This document shows, one piece after another, positions 1 to 11,029 of a stretch of DNA of 64,000 nt. The notes under the pieces were generated by a model. It worked only from the letters and a program-made list of their open reading frames with translations, was not told the origin of the DNA and made no database searches. Each line of letters opens with the position of its first letter. The first letter of the stretch is position 1. A program made the position numbers and the translations under genes. The stretch spans positions 1,312,001 through 1,376,000 of the forward strand of contig CAWJTV010000011.1 of assembly GCA_963845755.1 (NCBI GenBank). The letters are read 5' to 3'. This stretch comes from an uncultured Planctomycetota bacterium. Its GTDB lineage: Bacteria > Planctomycetota > Planctomycetia > Isosphaerales > Isosphaeraceae.

Positions 1-334
1 CGGACGAGGTCTTCGAGCCGGCCGGAGCCGGGCCGATCCAGATCCGACTGGACAGCAGTTAGCCGCCGGTGGCGGGTGGGCGTGTTCCAGGTTCAGCCGG
101 GTTCTTCAGGGTCTGATAGCGGTCGCACTCGAAGCCGCCTTCGAGCCCGTCCCCTTACGGCCTTTGCCGGCCCTCGGTCGCCATCCACGCGGCTTCCGCG
201 TGCCGGCCTACCGCCCGAGGGGCGGATTTCTCAGGGCTGGCACGCGGGGCTCCCGGTTCTAGTCGGGCCATCGGTTTGTTATCCTGGGACGAAGACGTTA
301 AGGGTCCTGGAACCACCATGCCCCGGGTGTGACG

Positions 335-2117
335 ATGAATCAGCAAGTTCGGGAACGCGCCCGACCGGAATCCCCGCGAGAATCCGCGGCGCGAGCGTGG
401 CGGAGGGAAGGCTCGTCCGCTCGCAACCTGAAGCGTGGGAGCCGGCGCGAGTCGATCGAGTCGTTTGTGGTGGTCTTCCTGGCCTTCCTGATCTGGAGCC
501 TCGAGGCGGAAGGGTTCGTGATCCCGACCGGCTCGATGGCGCCGACCTTGATGGGCCGTCACAAGGAGATCGCGTGCCCGGAATGCGGGTACGTGTACAC
601 GGTCAACGCGGACCGCGAGGTCGAGTCGGTCCCGCCCAACGCGGGCGCGGGCCCGCGGATCCAGTGGGGGACCTGCGAGAACTGCCGGTTCGAGGCGGCC
701 GTCGGCGACGCGCCGAGCTTCTCGGGCGACCGGATCTACGTCATGAAGGACGGGGTCTCGCTCCCATTCTTCCCCGGGGTGGGGCGGGTCCGTCTCGATC
801 GGTGGGACGTGGCGGTCTTCAAGCTCCCCGAGAAGCCGGAGGTCCGCTACATCAAGCGGCTGGTGGGGATGCCCGATGAAGTGCTGCGGATCCAGGAAGG
901 GGACGTCTGGGTCAAGCCAAAGGACGGGCCGGCCGAGTTCGAACGGCCGCTCCGGCCGCTGGTGCACCAGCAGGCCATGCAGGTGACGGTCTACGACGAT
1001 CGCCATCGCGCGGCATCGTTGCGCGGGGATCCGAGCTGGCTGCGATGGTCGGCCACGGAGCCCGGCGGCTGGACGGAACCCCGGCCCGGGACGTTCGTGC
1101 CCGATCGCGCGGGTCCTGGGTGGTCCGAGCTGAGGTATCGCCATCTCGTGCCCGCGCCGGAACAATGGCCGGATATCCGCGCCGGGCGTCGCCCAACGGG
1201 CCCGGCGCGGGCGACCCTCATCACGGATTATTCCTCGTACAATACCGACCTCGCGGCCGCGGACCGCAACGACCCGCGCCGTGCCTCCCGATCCTGGCTC
1301 CAACCGCACTGGGTCGGCGACCTGACCGTCTCGATGCGCCTGACCGTCCGGGAGGTCGGCCGGCGGCGTGCGGCTGGACCTGATCCGAGGCGGCCGTTCC
1401 CATCGTTGCGAGATCGACCTGGCCACCGGCGACGCTCGGCTGTTCCAGGGAACGGTCGCCCTGGGTGCCCCCGCGCCGACGCGGATCGCCCGGCCCGGGA
1501 CGTACAACCTGACCTTCTCCCATATCGATGGCCGCCTGACCCTCTGGGTCGATCGCGAGCTCCCGTTCGGCGACGGTCGGAGCTACCCGATGGCCTCCGA
1601 GCCGGCCGTGCCCACCGAGGCCGATCGGGAACCCGTGCGGATCGCCGCCAAGGACGCCGCGGTCGCGATCGACGACCTGGTCCTGAAGCGCGACGCCTAC
1701 TATACGCTCGATCCGTCCGAGCCGGATTACGCGAACCTCGGCGAGGCGGCGCACTACGATCCCTCCGCCCTGTTCGACCTGCTGGCGGATCCGCGCGATT
1801 CGCCGTCCTGACGCATCGGTCGCCGCGTGACTTCCCGATCGCACCGGGACATTACCTCATGCTGGGCGATAATAGCCCGTGGAGCAGCGACGGAAGGGCC
1901 TGGGGCGATACCGACCAGATCGACCCGGACCGGCCGGATCTGGGATGGGACGATTCGGGACGCGCCAGTTGGGAAGTCCCCGAGTCGCTGATCATCGGCA
2001 AGGCGTTCTGCGTCTACTGGCCGCATCTCCAGCCCGTCTGGCCCAATCTGCGCCTGAGTGCCGATCTGCGGTTTCCCGCGCCTCCCGTATATCCAGCGGA
2101 TCCGCTGGATTCATTGA
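335..2117 (+). CDS. lepB: Signal peptidase I (long planctomycete type with CxxC insert); frameshifted
   Basis: Motifs EGFVIPTGSMAPTL (catalytic Ser), YIKRLVG (catalytic Lys), GDNSPWSSDGR and IIGKAF; CPECG..CENC insert. Reading passes through ORFs 329-2254 and 1368-1811 and ends PYIQRIRWIH* at 2117 in another frame. Confidence 0.9.
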
Positions 2118-2327
2118 AGCGGATCCGCGTCCGGAGGCTCGGGTGCGCCGCGGGCCAGGAAGGCCGGCGGAGAAGGGGGTTGACCCGTCGGAAGATCGCT
2201 TTAGACTTATCGTTACGCATTGTGCCGGTTCACAGTGAGGCGTGGGATTCCTGACCCGGGCTGAAGCGTACGGCGAGGCTGGTTCCCCGGCGGTGTTCCT
2301 GAACCTTTGGCCGCGGCGGTACGTAAG

Positions 2328-2969
2328 ATGGTTAAGGCCATAGGATCTGATTCGGCGGAAGATCTCGGCCAACTCTCCGATGAGGAGTTGATGGGCCGGT
2401 ATCGCGAGGAAGGGCACGCCGACGTCTTCACCGAACTCGTCCATCGGTATGAGCGGGAGCTGTACCGTTACCTGGCCCGTTACCTGGGTGATCCCACGCT
2501 TGCGGAGGATGTCTTCCAGAACACCTTTCTGCAGGTTCACTTGAAACGTGGATTGTTCGAACAGGGCCGGGCCTTTCGCCCCTGGCTCTATGCCATCGCG
2601 ACCCATCAGGCCGTCGACTCGCTACGGAAGGCCGGAAGGCATCCCACGGTGAGCCTCGATCAGCGGGTGGGCGGAGGCGGTCGGGAATCGGATGCCGGCA
2701 ACCTCATCGATCTCCTCGTGGGCGATTCCGCCGGGCCCCTCACCGAGTTGCAAGAAGCCGAACGACAACAGTGGGTCCGCGAGAGTATCGCTCGACTACC
2801 AGAGACACTCCGTCAAACCTTGATCCTGGCTTATCACCAGGATTTAAAATATCGGGAAATCGCCGAGATCCTGAAGATTCCGGTGGGAACTGTGAAGTCA
2901 CGCTTGCATGCCGCGTTGGAGAAGCTCCAGCAGATGGCGCGGTCGGCGAAGCGTCTCGGGGAAGAGTAA
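2328..2969 (+). CDS. ECF RNA polymerase sigma factor (RpoE/SigW-like)
   Basis: Region 2 (AEDVFQNTFLQV, FRPWLYAIA) and region 4 (LKYREIAEILKIPVGTVKSRLH). Confidence 0.95.
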   Translation: MVKAIGSDSAEDLGQLSDEELMGRYREEGHADVFTELVHRYERELYRYLARYLGDPTLAEDVFQNTFLQVHLKRGLFEQGRAFRPWLYAIATHQAVDSLRKAGRHPTVSLDQRVGGGGRESDAGNLIDLLVGDSAGPLTELQEAERQQWVRESIARLPETLRQTLILAYHQDLKYREIAEILKIPVGTVKSRLHAALEKLQQMARSAKRLGEE

Positions 2970-2973
2970 CGCC

Positions 2974-3939
2974 ATGAAAGCCGATGAGATGATCGATTAT
3001 GTCCTGGGCCAGGTCGACGGCGCCGAACGCGAGCGGCTGGAGCAGTCCTGCCGCGAGGATGGCCTCGAAGCGGCTCGTGTCGAACGCCTCCGGCAGGCGA
3101 TCAATCAGTTGCTCGATGATCGAACCCCCTTCGAACACCCGCCGGATTTGGCCCAGCGGACCGTGGCCTTCGTCGCGCGGAACCGTTGACGAACCCGGTC
3201 GCTGCTGGAATATGTGCCGGTGTGGGTCCCTTTTCGTTGGGCGGATTTCGCGGTGGCCGCGACCATCTTCGTGGCCGGCATCCTGACCCTGTTGCCGGCG
3301 ATTCAGAGGTCGCGCGAGCGGATGAACCAGGCCGGCTGCCTCTTTAATCTCCAGCGGCTCGGCACGAGCCTGGGGCAGTACGCATCCTTGCATCCGTTCC
3401 TGCCCTATCCGCCGCCGCCCCATCAGACCGATGCCCCGGCGGGCTCCTTCGCGGTGATCCTCCACGATGCGGGTGTCCTCGACGACCTCTCGCTCCTGGA
3501 TTGTCCCTGTAATGGCAAATGCCCTCCCGCCGGCGATGCGGAGCTGGTCAGCTTCGACCAGATCGAACACATCCGCCGGCACGATCCGGCGCGCTATCAG
3601 GGCATGCTCCGCTGGGATTACGCCTACAATGTTGGCTACCGCCACGCATCGGGACATCCGGGTCCGCTGGAGGTGATGCATTCGTCGCGCATTCCGGTCA
3701 TCGCCGACCAGCCCAATCATGAGAACTATTTCACGATCAAGGACGGCAACAGCCCGAATCACGGGGGACGGGGGCAGAACGTCCTGTTCGGCGACGGTAG
3801 TGTCCATTGGTTCCGGACGCGTAGCGCCGGGCCCCACGACCCGGACATCTTCCTCAATAACGACCGGCAACCGCGCCCGGGCGTCCATGTGAGCGACTCG
3901 GTCCTGGTGCCGAGCAAGATGCCGTTCCACGGACGTTGA
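2974..3939 (+). CDS. Putative anti-sigma factor with DUF1559/pilin-like H-X9-DG domain; one in-frame TGA at 3187-3189
   Basis: Starts 4 bp after the ECF stop. It has an N-terminal helical domain (MIDYVLGQVD), a TM segment, then LLPAIQRSRE..CLFNLQRLG and NHGGRGQNVLFGDGSV. ORFs 2908-3189 and 3214-3939 are in the same frame. Confidence 0.75.
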
Positions 3940-3976
3940 CTCGCGCAGGTCAGGCTTTCCCGCCGGCCTGCCTCTC

Positions 3977-4106
3977 CGACGCGGTCTGCGGCCGCATCCA
4001 GAGGGATTCGAGATTCCGGATTCCCGATTCCGGATCAATCAGGAATCCGGAATCTCGAATCCCTCGGATGCGCGCGGGCGCAGAGGACGTACGGGGGACG
4101 ACCCTA
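3977..4106 (+). repeat. ~150-bp CTAA-hairpin/7-mer element, diverged copy
   Basis: ACGCGGTCTGCGGCCGC hairpin, GATTCGA/GATTCCG arms inverted to GGAATCC/GAATCTC, end TACGGGGGACGACCCTA; matches 34692-34995. Confidence 0.8.
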
Positions 4107-4643
4107 CCTGCCGGCGGGCCCCCGAAGTTGATCGCAGAACATCAAGGCGAGCAACGTCTTGGCGTCCTCGATCCGGCCGTCTACGACCATGGCCATGGCC
4201 TCATCCCAGCGGACCACCACGACCTGGAGCTCTTCATCGAGCTCGTGCCGGACCGGGCCGGGATGGAGATCCTCGCATAGGTAAAGGTACATCTGCTCGT
4301 TCATCACACCGGGGCTGACATACCACGGCCGGACGAGCTGGATGCGTCCCGCCTGGTAGCCGGTCTCTTCCCGGAGCTCGCGCGCGGCGGTCTGATCGGG
4401 CGACTCGCCGGGGTCGATGGTCCCGGCGGGGACTTCGAGCAGGGTGCGACCGATCGCGTAGCGTTGGTTCCGGATCAGGCAGACGTGATCGGCGTTGACC
4501 ATCGGGACCAGGGCAACCGCCCCGCGATGGAGGACCACCTCCCGCTCGGCGATCGTCCCGTCGCGGAGGGCCACCGGCTGCAGGGCCAGGTCCACTTTCC
4601 GGCCCCGGAAGATGATGCGTCGGGTGAGTTGAGGATCATCCAT
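4104..4643 (-). CDS. NUDIX hydrolase (ADP-ribose pyrophosphatase-like)
   Basis: Nudix box PAGTIDPGESPDQTAARELREETG; REVVLHRGAV; IEDAKT. Confidence 0.92.
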   Translation of the reverse strand: MDDPQLTRRIIFRGRKVDLALQPVALRDGTIAEREVVLHRGAVALVPMVNADHVCLIRNQRYAIGRTLLEVPAGTIDPGESPDQTAARELREETGYQAGRIQLVRPWYVSPGVMNEQMYLYLCEDLHPGPVRHELDEELQVVVVRWDEAMAMVVDGRIEDAKTLLALMFCDQLRGPAGR

Positions 4644-4666
4644 CGGCTCGGGCTCCTCGACTTCAC

Positions 4667-5152
4667 TCAACCGGCGGAAACGCCGTGGGAGACGGCCGGT
4701 CCGCGATGGCGATCGCGGATGGTCAAGACGGGGCAGGGGGCCTCGCGGACGATCCGTTCGGCGACCGAGCCGAGCAGGACGTGGCTCAAGCCGGTCCGGC
4801 CGTGGGTGGCGATGACGATCAGGTCGACTCGGTTGTTGACGGCATAGGAGACGATGGCCTCGACGGGGCTCCCCCACCGCACCGCGGTGACGATCGAGCG
4901 CGGGGTGCCCCAATTGGGGTCGAGCAAGCGGCTCAGCGTCTGCTTGGCCCGGTCTTCGTTCTCCTTGTAGTATTCCGGGGGCATGACGGGCATCAGCAGC
5001 GGGTCGGGGCCCGCGGGGAGGAACTCGGAGAGGACGTGCACCGAGTGCAGCACCGCACCCAGGCGCTCGGCCAGCCCGCATGCATAGCGGACGGCCTCCT
5101 CGGAATGAGCGCTGAAGTCGGTCGGGGCCAGGATCGATTGGATCGCGAGCAC
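4667..5152 (-). CDS. Universal stress protein
   Basis: ILAPTDFS..., DLIVIATHGRTGLSHVLLGSVAERIVREAPCPVLTI; GTG start at 5152; in frame with upstream ilvE in this sequence. Confidence 0.9.
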   Translation of the reverse strand: MLAIQSILAPTDFSAHSEEAVRYACGLAERLGAVLHSVHVLSEFLPAGPDPLLMPVMPPEYYKENEDRAKQTLSRLLDPNWGTPRSIVTAVRWGSPVEAIVSYAVNNRVDLIVIATHGRTGLSHVLLGSVAERIVREAPCPVLTIRDRHRGPAVSHGVSAG

Positions 5153-6035
5153 GGCGGGGTCGCTGTTGCTTTCAGCGTCCTCTCGGACCAAGGCCTGGAA
5201 CCGCTGGCGCAGCTCGCGGGTGATCGGGCCGGGGCGGCCCATCCCGATGGCGCGCCCGTCGCACTCGATCACAGGGATCACCTCGGCGGCGGTTCCCGTC
5301 AGGAAGCATTCCTCGGCCTTGAACACGTCGAGGCGGTCCATCGTCCGCTCGATCACGGCATAGCCGGCCGCCCGGGCCAGCTCGATGACCGCCGCGCGGG
5401 TGATCCCTTCCAGGATGCCCGAATCGATGCTCGGCGTGTGGATCTGGCCGCGATAGACGACGAAGACATTGTCCCCGGTGCACTCGGCGAGCTCGCCCTT
5501 GTGGTTGAGCATCAGGGCTTCCAGGCAGCCGGCCTGGGTCGCCTCGATCTTGCCGAGGATGTTGTTGAGGTAGTTGAGCGACTTGATCCGCGGATTGACG
5601 GCATTGGGATGATTCCGCGTCGTCGCGGCGGTGATGATCTTCAGGCCGTGCTCGTAGAGCTCTTCGGGATAGAGGCTGATGTGATCGGTGATGATGATGA
5701 TCTGAGGGTCGATGGTCTTGCGAGGGTCCAGGCCGAGGCTGCCGGCGCCCCGGGTGATCACGACGCGGATGTAGGCATCCGTCAGCTTGTTGAAGGCGAG
5801 GGTCTCACGGATGGCGTTGGCCATCTCCTCGCGGCTCATCGGGATCTCGAGGTGGATCGCCTGGGCCGATTCGTACAGCCGGTTGAACGTGCGCCTTGAG
5901 GCGGAACACCCGGCCGGAGTAGGCGCGGATGCCCTCGAAGACGCCGTCGCCGTAGAGCAGCCCGTGATCGAAGACGCTGATCTTGGCGTCGGCCTTGTCG
6001 TACAGCTTGCCGCCGATGTAGACCTTGGGACCCAT
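5153..6035 (-). CDS. ilvE: Branched-chain amino acid aminotransferase (PLP fold IV); frameshift near 5885
   Basis: [26 protein letters not shown] (PLP Lys), [21 protein letters not shown]. Confidence 0.92.
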
Positions 6036-6088
6036 GGTGCTTTCTTTCTAACCGTGTTGTCTGTCGTGGCTCGCGGTCGGCGACCTCT

Positions 6089-6814
6089 TCAGGCCAGCAC
6101 GGGCGACCATTCCTCGATCTGCCCGTGCGCGAGCTGAACGACCCGGTCAGCCTGGCGCGCGATATTCGGATCATGCGTTACCACGATCATAGTGAGACTG
6201 CGCTCGCGGTTCAAGTCGCGGAGCAGCTCGATGATGCCATGACCGCTGCCGACGTCGAGGTTGCCGGTCGGCTCGTCGGCCAGGAGGACGACCGGCCGGC
6301 CGGCCAGCGCCCGGGCGATCGCCGCGCGCTGCATCTCGCCGCCGGAGAGCTCCGCCGGCCGATGCCCGAGCCGGTGTCCCAGCCCGACCCGCTCCAGCAG
6401 CTCCGCGGCTTCATAGCGCAGCCGGCGTCGCTCGCGCCCGTACGACCAGAGCCCGTGGGAGATCCACTGCGGCATCAGCACGTTCTCCAGCGCGGACAGC
6501 TCGGGGAGTAGGTGGTAGAACTGGAAGATGAACCCGAACGTGCGGTTGCGCAGCGTGTCGCGGTGCCGGTCCGGCCGATTGTCGATCCGGGCCCCTTCGA
6601 GCCGGACCTCGCCCGAATCGGGGGCGTCGAGCAGGCCCAGGAGATGCAAGAGCGTGCTCTTGCCCGAGCCGCTGGTGCCGACGATCGCCAGCATCTCCCC
6701 GCGCTCGACTTCCAGGTCGACCCCGCGCAGGACGGGGACTTCGTTCCGCCCTTTCCAGTAGCTCTTGGTCAGGCCGTGTGCGGAGAGGTGGCCGGTCGCC
6801 GTCATCGTCTTCAC
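6089..6814 (-). CDS. lolD: LolD-like ABC transporter ATP-binding protein
   Basis: Walker [45 protein letters not shown]; next to a LolC/E permease. Confidence 0.9.
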   Translation of the reverse strand: MKTMTATGHLSAHGLTKSYWKGRNEVPVLRGVDLEVERGEMLAIVGTSGSGKSTLLHLLGLLDAPDSGEVRLEGARIDNRPDRHRDTLRNRTFGFIFQFYHLLPELSALENVLMPQWISHGLWSYGRERRRLRYEAAELLERVGLGHRLGHRPAELSGGEMQRAAIARALAGRPVVLLADEPTGNLDVGSGHGIIELLRDLNRERSLTMIVVTHDPNIARQADRVVQLAHGQIEEWSPVLA

Positions 6815-6867
6815 CTTCGCCTTCCGTGGATCTTAGGGATGGAATTCGACATGCAATGGATTGCCCG

Positions 6868-7004
6868 AACGCGGCCCGCGGCCGAAATGACACGGGGATT
6901 CAAGATTCAACATTCCCGAGGGTAATGATTCCGTATCGTCTTCATCTCGAATCTCGAATCTCCCGGATCCGCGCGAAGCGGAGATCTCACGGAGTGAGGT
7001 TCGA
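6868..7004 (+). repeat. Diverged copy of the CTAA-hairpin/7-mer element
   Basis: AACGCGGCCCGCGGCCG, GATTCAAGATTCAA, GAATCTCGAATCTC, CACGGAG end. Confidence 0.6.
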
Positions 7005-8424
7005 TCATTCGAATCGCAGCGCCCGCACGGGATGGAGCCGCGCCGTGCGCTCGGCCGGCCAGATGCTGGCCCCGATCGCGATCAACAAGGCCCCGGTCAC
7101 GATCCAGGCGACGGTGAACGGCTCGATGATGGTCGGGATCTTGTCGAAATAGTAGATCGATTCATCGAAGACCCGCCGGCCGGTCGCCTGGCTCAAGATC
7201 CGCTCGATCTCGTTGATGTAGCGGACGAACAACAGGCCGCCGGCCATCCCGACTCCGCTGCCGACGGCCCCCAGCAGCAGGCCGTAGCCGAGGAAGATCC
7301 CGCGAATCCCGCCATTGGAGGCCCCGAGGGCCTTCAGGATGCCGATGTCGCGCGTCTTCTCCACGACGATCATCGAGAAGATCGCCAGGATGCCGAACCC
7401 GGCCACCGCGATGATGAAGAACAGCAGGATGTTCAGGATGCTCTGCTCGATGGCGACCGCCCCCAGGAGCGGACCTTGTTTCTGCTCCCAGGTCCAGACC
7501 CGGTAACGCATCGGCCTCATCCGGTCCAGGGCGACCTGGAGGTCCTCGGCCAGCGTGTTGATGTTGACGCCCGGCTTGACCTTGATCTGGATCTGGTTGA
7601 CCGCGCCGGTCTTCCGGTCGTAATCGTACAGCTTTCGCGTCTTCTGGAGGGCCTCGAGCGACACATAGACATGAGTCGAGTCGTACTCGCTCATGCCGCT
7701 CTTGAAGTAGCCGATCGTGGTCGCCGTGTCGAAGCCCGCCTCCGACCGGGTCTCGCCGAACCGGGGGAAGAGCAGGCCGAGCTTCGTCCCGGGGGTGCCA
7801 GGAACTGGTCGGGCTGGCCCTTCTGATGGAACGTCGCCAGGGCATAGCCGATGATCGCGCCGGTATCAGGCGCCTGTTCCTCCATGTCCTTCTTCAGCTC
7901 TTGCTCGAACACCTTGCTGAACTCGTCCTTGGGCTCGTCCTTCATTTCTTGCAGCAGTTCACCGGCCGGGGTGTGCAACTTGAGCTTCTCGGGGACATGG
8001 AACGAAGGGGGAATCGAGCGCCCTTATCGTTGACGAGGAACTCGGCGAAGTCGCCGGTCTTGGCTCGCTCCTCCGGCTGGACACCGATGATCTGGATCGG
8101 GCGCGTCATCACTTCGCCGCCGATCTGGTAGTTGAGGATCCCGGGACATTCCATGGTCGGGGCCATGGCCTTCACCTGGTCGCCCGCAACGTCCTTGACC
8201 CGCGCCTCGACCTCCTGCCAGTTGTAGAACCCGTCGAGGCTGTAGGACTCGATCAGGACGTCGGCGAGCACCCCATGGAGCCGGTCGCGCATCTTGTCGG
8301 CGAATCCGGCCATCACCGAGTTGACCACGATCATCGTCGCCACGCCGAGCATCACGCTGATGACGCTCGCCAGCGCGATGTATCGCGTCTTGAGATACCG
8401 CCAGCACAGCAGGTACTTGTACAC
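7005..8424 (-). CDS. LolC/E-family lipoprotein-releasing ABC permease; frameshifted
   Basis: N-term WRYLKTR..LGVATMIVVNSVMAGF; C-term VVEKTRDIGILKALGA...WPAERTARLHPVRALRFE; split over three ORFs. Confidence 0.88.
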
Positions 8425-8445
8425 CTCGACGGCTCCTTCCTTAGA

Positions 8446-8545
8446 GCAGTAGTCAGTAGTCGGTGGTCAGTAGTCAGTACGTAAGCAAGAAGGGCATTTC
8501 TCTCTGTTTTTCTTCTCGCTGACTACTGACTACTGACTACTACTG
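8446..8545. repeat. Inverted 7-mer (CAGTAGT/ACTACTG) array overlapping the lysS stop
   Basis: CAGTAGT x4 at 8447-8478 facing ACTACTG repeats at 8519-8545. Confidence 0.8.
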
Positions 8546-10004
8546 GTCGCATGAGCGGGAACAGGATCACATCGCGGATACTGGGCCGGTTCAGCAGGAT
8601 CATGCAGAGCCGGTCGATCCCGATGCCCAGCCCACCGGCGGGGGGCATCGCGTACTTGAGCGCCCGGACGAAATCGTCGTCCATCTTGGCCATCGAGTCG
8701 TGTTCCGGCAGGCCCGCGAGCTGCTTCCGGAACAGCTCTTCCTGGAGCCGGGGATCATTGAGCTCGGTATAGGCGTTGGCCAGCTCGATGCCGTGAATGT
8801 ACAGCTCGAACCGTTCGGCGACGGCCGGGTTCGACGCTTTGCGCTTGGTCAAGGGGCAGATCGCGGCGGGGTAGTCGATGACGAAGATCGGGCCGGTCAG
8901 CCGATCCTCGACGACCGCTTCGAACAGCTCGCTGGTGACGACGTCCGGGTCCTTCCCGGCGGTGGCGATCCCAGTGGCCTCCGCCCGAGCCTGGATCGCG
9001 CCGGGCTCATTCGGATCGATGCCGGCATGCTCGGCCAGGAGTTCGGCGTAGGTCCGCCGCGGCCAGGGCGGCGTGAAGTCGATGGTGGTCTCGCCCCAGG
9101 GGCGGACGAACCCGCCGCCGATTGCAGAAATCGCGCCGCAGATCAACGACTCGGTCAGGTCCATCATGGCGTGGTAGTCGCCATACGCCTGATACGCCTC
9201 GAACATCGTGAACTCGGGGTTATGCCGGGGGCTGAGCCCTTCGTTGCGATAAACCCGCCCGATCTCGAAGACCCGCTCCATGCCGCCGACCAGGAGGCGC
9301 TTCAGGTAAAGCTCGGGGGCGATCCGCAGGAACATGCTGATGTCGAGGGCATTATGATGAGTGACGAACGGGCGCGCCGCGGCTCCGCCAGCGATCGATT
9401 GCATCGTCGGCGTCTCGACCTCGACGAACCCTTGGTCGGCCATGGTCTTGCGGAATGAGGCGATCAGTTGGGAGCGGCCGAGGAAGACGGCCATCGAGTC
9501 GGGGTTGCTGAACAGGTTGACGTAGCGCTGGCGATAGCGCTGTTCCAGGTCGGTCAGGCCGTGCCACTTCTCGGGCGGGGGGAGCAGGCTCTTGGTGAGG
9601 AAGGTGAGGGTCTCGGCGAAGACGGTCAGCTCACCGGTCCGGGTGTAGTCGAGCCGGCCGTTGACGCCGATCAGGTCGCCGAGGTCGAGGAGTTCGACGA
9701 GCTTCCAGCCCAGCTCGCCGACCTGCTTCTGGCCGATGAAGATCTGGATGTGCCCCGACCAGTCGCGCAGCTCGAGGAAGACGACCTTTCCCTGCCCGCG
9801 ACGCAGGCCGATCCGGCCGGCCACGCGGACCGTAGGTCCGGCCTGGCCGCTGTCGGGCTCATTGGGCGGCGCCGAGGCGCGCACCTCGCCGATTGCCCGG
9901 TGGCCGTCGAACCGATGGCCCCAGGGATCCAGACCCAGCTCCGCGATCCGGCGGAGCTTCTCCAGACGGACGTCTTCCAGGCTCTCGCGAGGCTCTTCGG
10001 ACAT
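8523..10004 (-). CDS. lysS: Lysine-tRNA ligase (class II)
   Basis: RYRQRY, FVEVETP, LRIAPELYLKRLLVGG, YRNEG..HNPEF, GLGIGIDRL, IRDVILFP. Confidence 0.98.
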   Translation of the reverse strand: MSEEPRESLEDVRLEKLRRIAELGLDPWGHRFDGHRAIGEVRASAPPNEPDSGQAGPTVRVAGRIGLRRGQGKVVFLELRDWSGHIQIFIGQKQVGELGWKLVELLDLGDLIGVNGRLDYTRTGELTVFAETLTFLTKSLLPPPEKWHGLTDLEQRYRQRYVNLFSNPDSMAVFLGRSQLIASFRKTMADQGFVEVETPTMQSIAGGAAARPFVTHHNALDISMFLRIAPELYLKRLLVGGMERVFEIGRVYRNEGLSPRHNPEFTMFEAYQAYGDYHAMMDLTESLICGAISAIGGGFVRPWGETTIDFTPPWPRRTYAELLAEHAGIDPNEPGAIQARAEATGIATAGKDPDVVTSELFEAVVEDRLTGPIFVIDYPAAICPLTKRKASNPAVAERFELYIHGIELANAYTELNDPRLQEELFRKQLAGLPEHDSMAKMDDDFVRALKYAMPPAGGLGIGIDRLCMILLNRPSIRDVILFPLMRPVVVSSQ

Positions 10005-10234
10005 CGTTCCCCTTAATTCTTCGCGATCCGCCACTTCGGGCCAGACACGGCCAAATTGTAGTCACTCGGCCGCGCCGGTCAATCGCAACCGGTCGCGTCG
10101 ATCGCGGAGAACGGCGGTCGAGAGAACCGGCCCGTAGGGTGGGTGGAGGCGGGCAACCCACCGGCGCAATACTCGCGTAGATGGTGAGTTGCGCTGAGCA
10201 AAACTCAGTTCCAGCTGCCTTCGGGGTTGGCCGG

Positions 10235-10688
10235 TCATGGCCAACGTGCCACCGAGAGGTCGGAGATCCGCCGAAAGTGGGCGAGGTTATTGGTCACCAG
10301 CGTCGCGGTCAGGGAGAGTGCGTGTGCGGCAATCAACAAGTCCATGGCTCCAATCGTCTGCCCGGCTTGTTCCAGCTCATGACGGATGCGGCCATAATGC
10401 ACCGGGCAGGTCGTGTCGTCGTAAGCAAACACGTCGAAAGGCGTCAGGATCTTTCCAACGGCGGCGATCTCGGTGTCGTAGTCGCCGCTGTTGTGGGCGC
10501 CGAATTCCAACTCCGAGACCGTGATGGCCGACAGGCCGACCACATCGCCCTTCGCCTTGGCCTCTTGGCAACGCGCGATCAGGGCCAGCGCCCTATCGCG
10601 GCGATCGCGCTGCCGCGGCGGCGCTTTGAGTCCTGCGCAGCATGAAAATGACCATGTCCGTGTCCAGGATGTAGAGCACGGCGATCAA
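10235..10688 (-). CDS. vapC: VapC PIN-domain toxin; frameshift near 10580
   Basis: YILDTDMVIF, SAITVSELEFG, IGAMDLLIAAHAL..LVTNN..HFRRI. Confidence 0.88.
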
Positions 10689-10906
10689 TCCCGTGATTCC
10701 AACGGCGGTTGCACGCGCCGGCCGGACAGGAACTTGTCGGAAAGCTGCTCGACCCCCTCGAAAAAGATTTCCCAGGGATCTCTGGTGATGACGAGAAAGC
10801 CTTCGTCCGTGCGCTTGAGGTGGACCGTGTCCGCCTCGACGCGAAACTCTTTCGGGAGCCGGATCGCCTGGCTGCGACCCGTCCGGAACACCTTGGCAAT
10901 CGCCAT
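10685..10906 (-). CDS. vapB: VapB/VagC AbrB-fold antitoxin
   Basis: AKVFRTGRSQAIRLPKEFR; overlaps the toxin start. Confidence 0.92.
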   Translation of the reverse strand: MAIAKVFRTGRSQAIRLPKEFRVEADTVHLKRTDEGFLVITRDPWEIFFEGVEQLSDKFLSGRRVQPPLESRD

Positions 10907-10926
10907 GATCAGCCTCCGCGAGTTTG

Positions 10927-10969
10927 GTGGTATCTACCATATGGTATATGCCACGGTCACGATAGGCAA
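10927..10969 (-). promoter_or_regulatory. vapBC promoter with overlapping palindromic operator
   Basis: Minus strand TTGCCT-N17-TACCAT; 28-bp palindrome GTGGTATCTACCATATGGTATATGCCAC (2 mismatches) covering the -10. Confidence 0.7.
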
Positions 10970-11029
10970 GTGGTCGCCGCCCCTACCGGGCTCGGAGAGT
11001 TGGCTGGTTCTCCCGGGGCCGAAACCCGC

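Noticed and set aside
3187..3189. In-frame TGA as selenocysteine or recoding
   Set aside because: The Arg-rich context RNR*RTR suggests a CGA>TGA change or base-call error; it is not a Cys-equivalent position, and TGA is used as a normal stop elsewhere.
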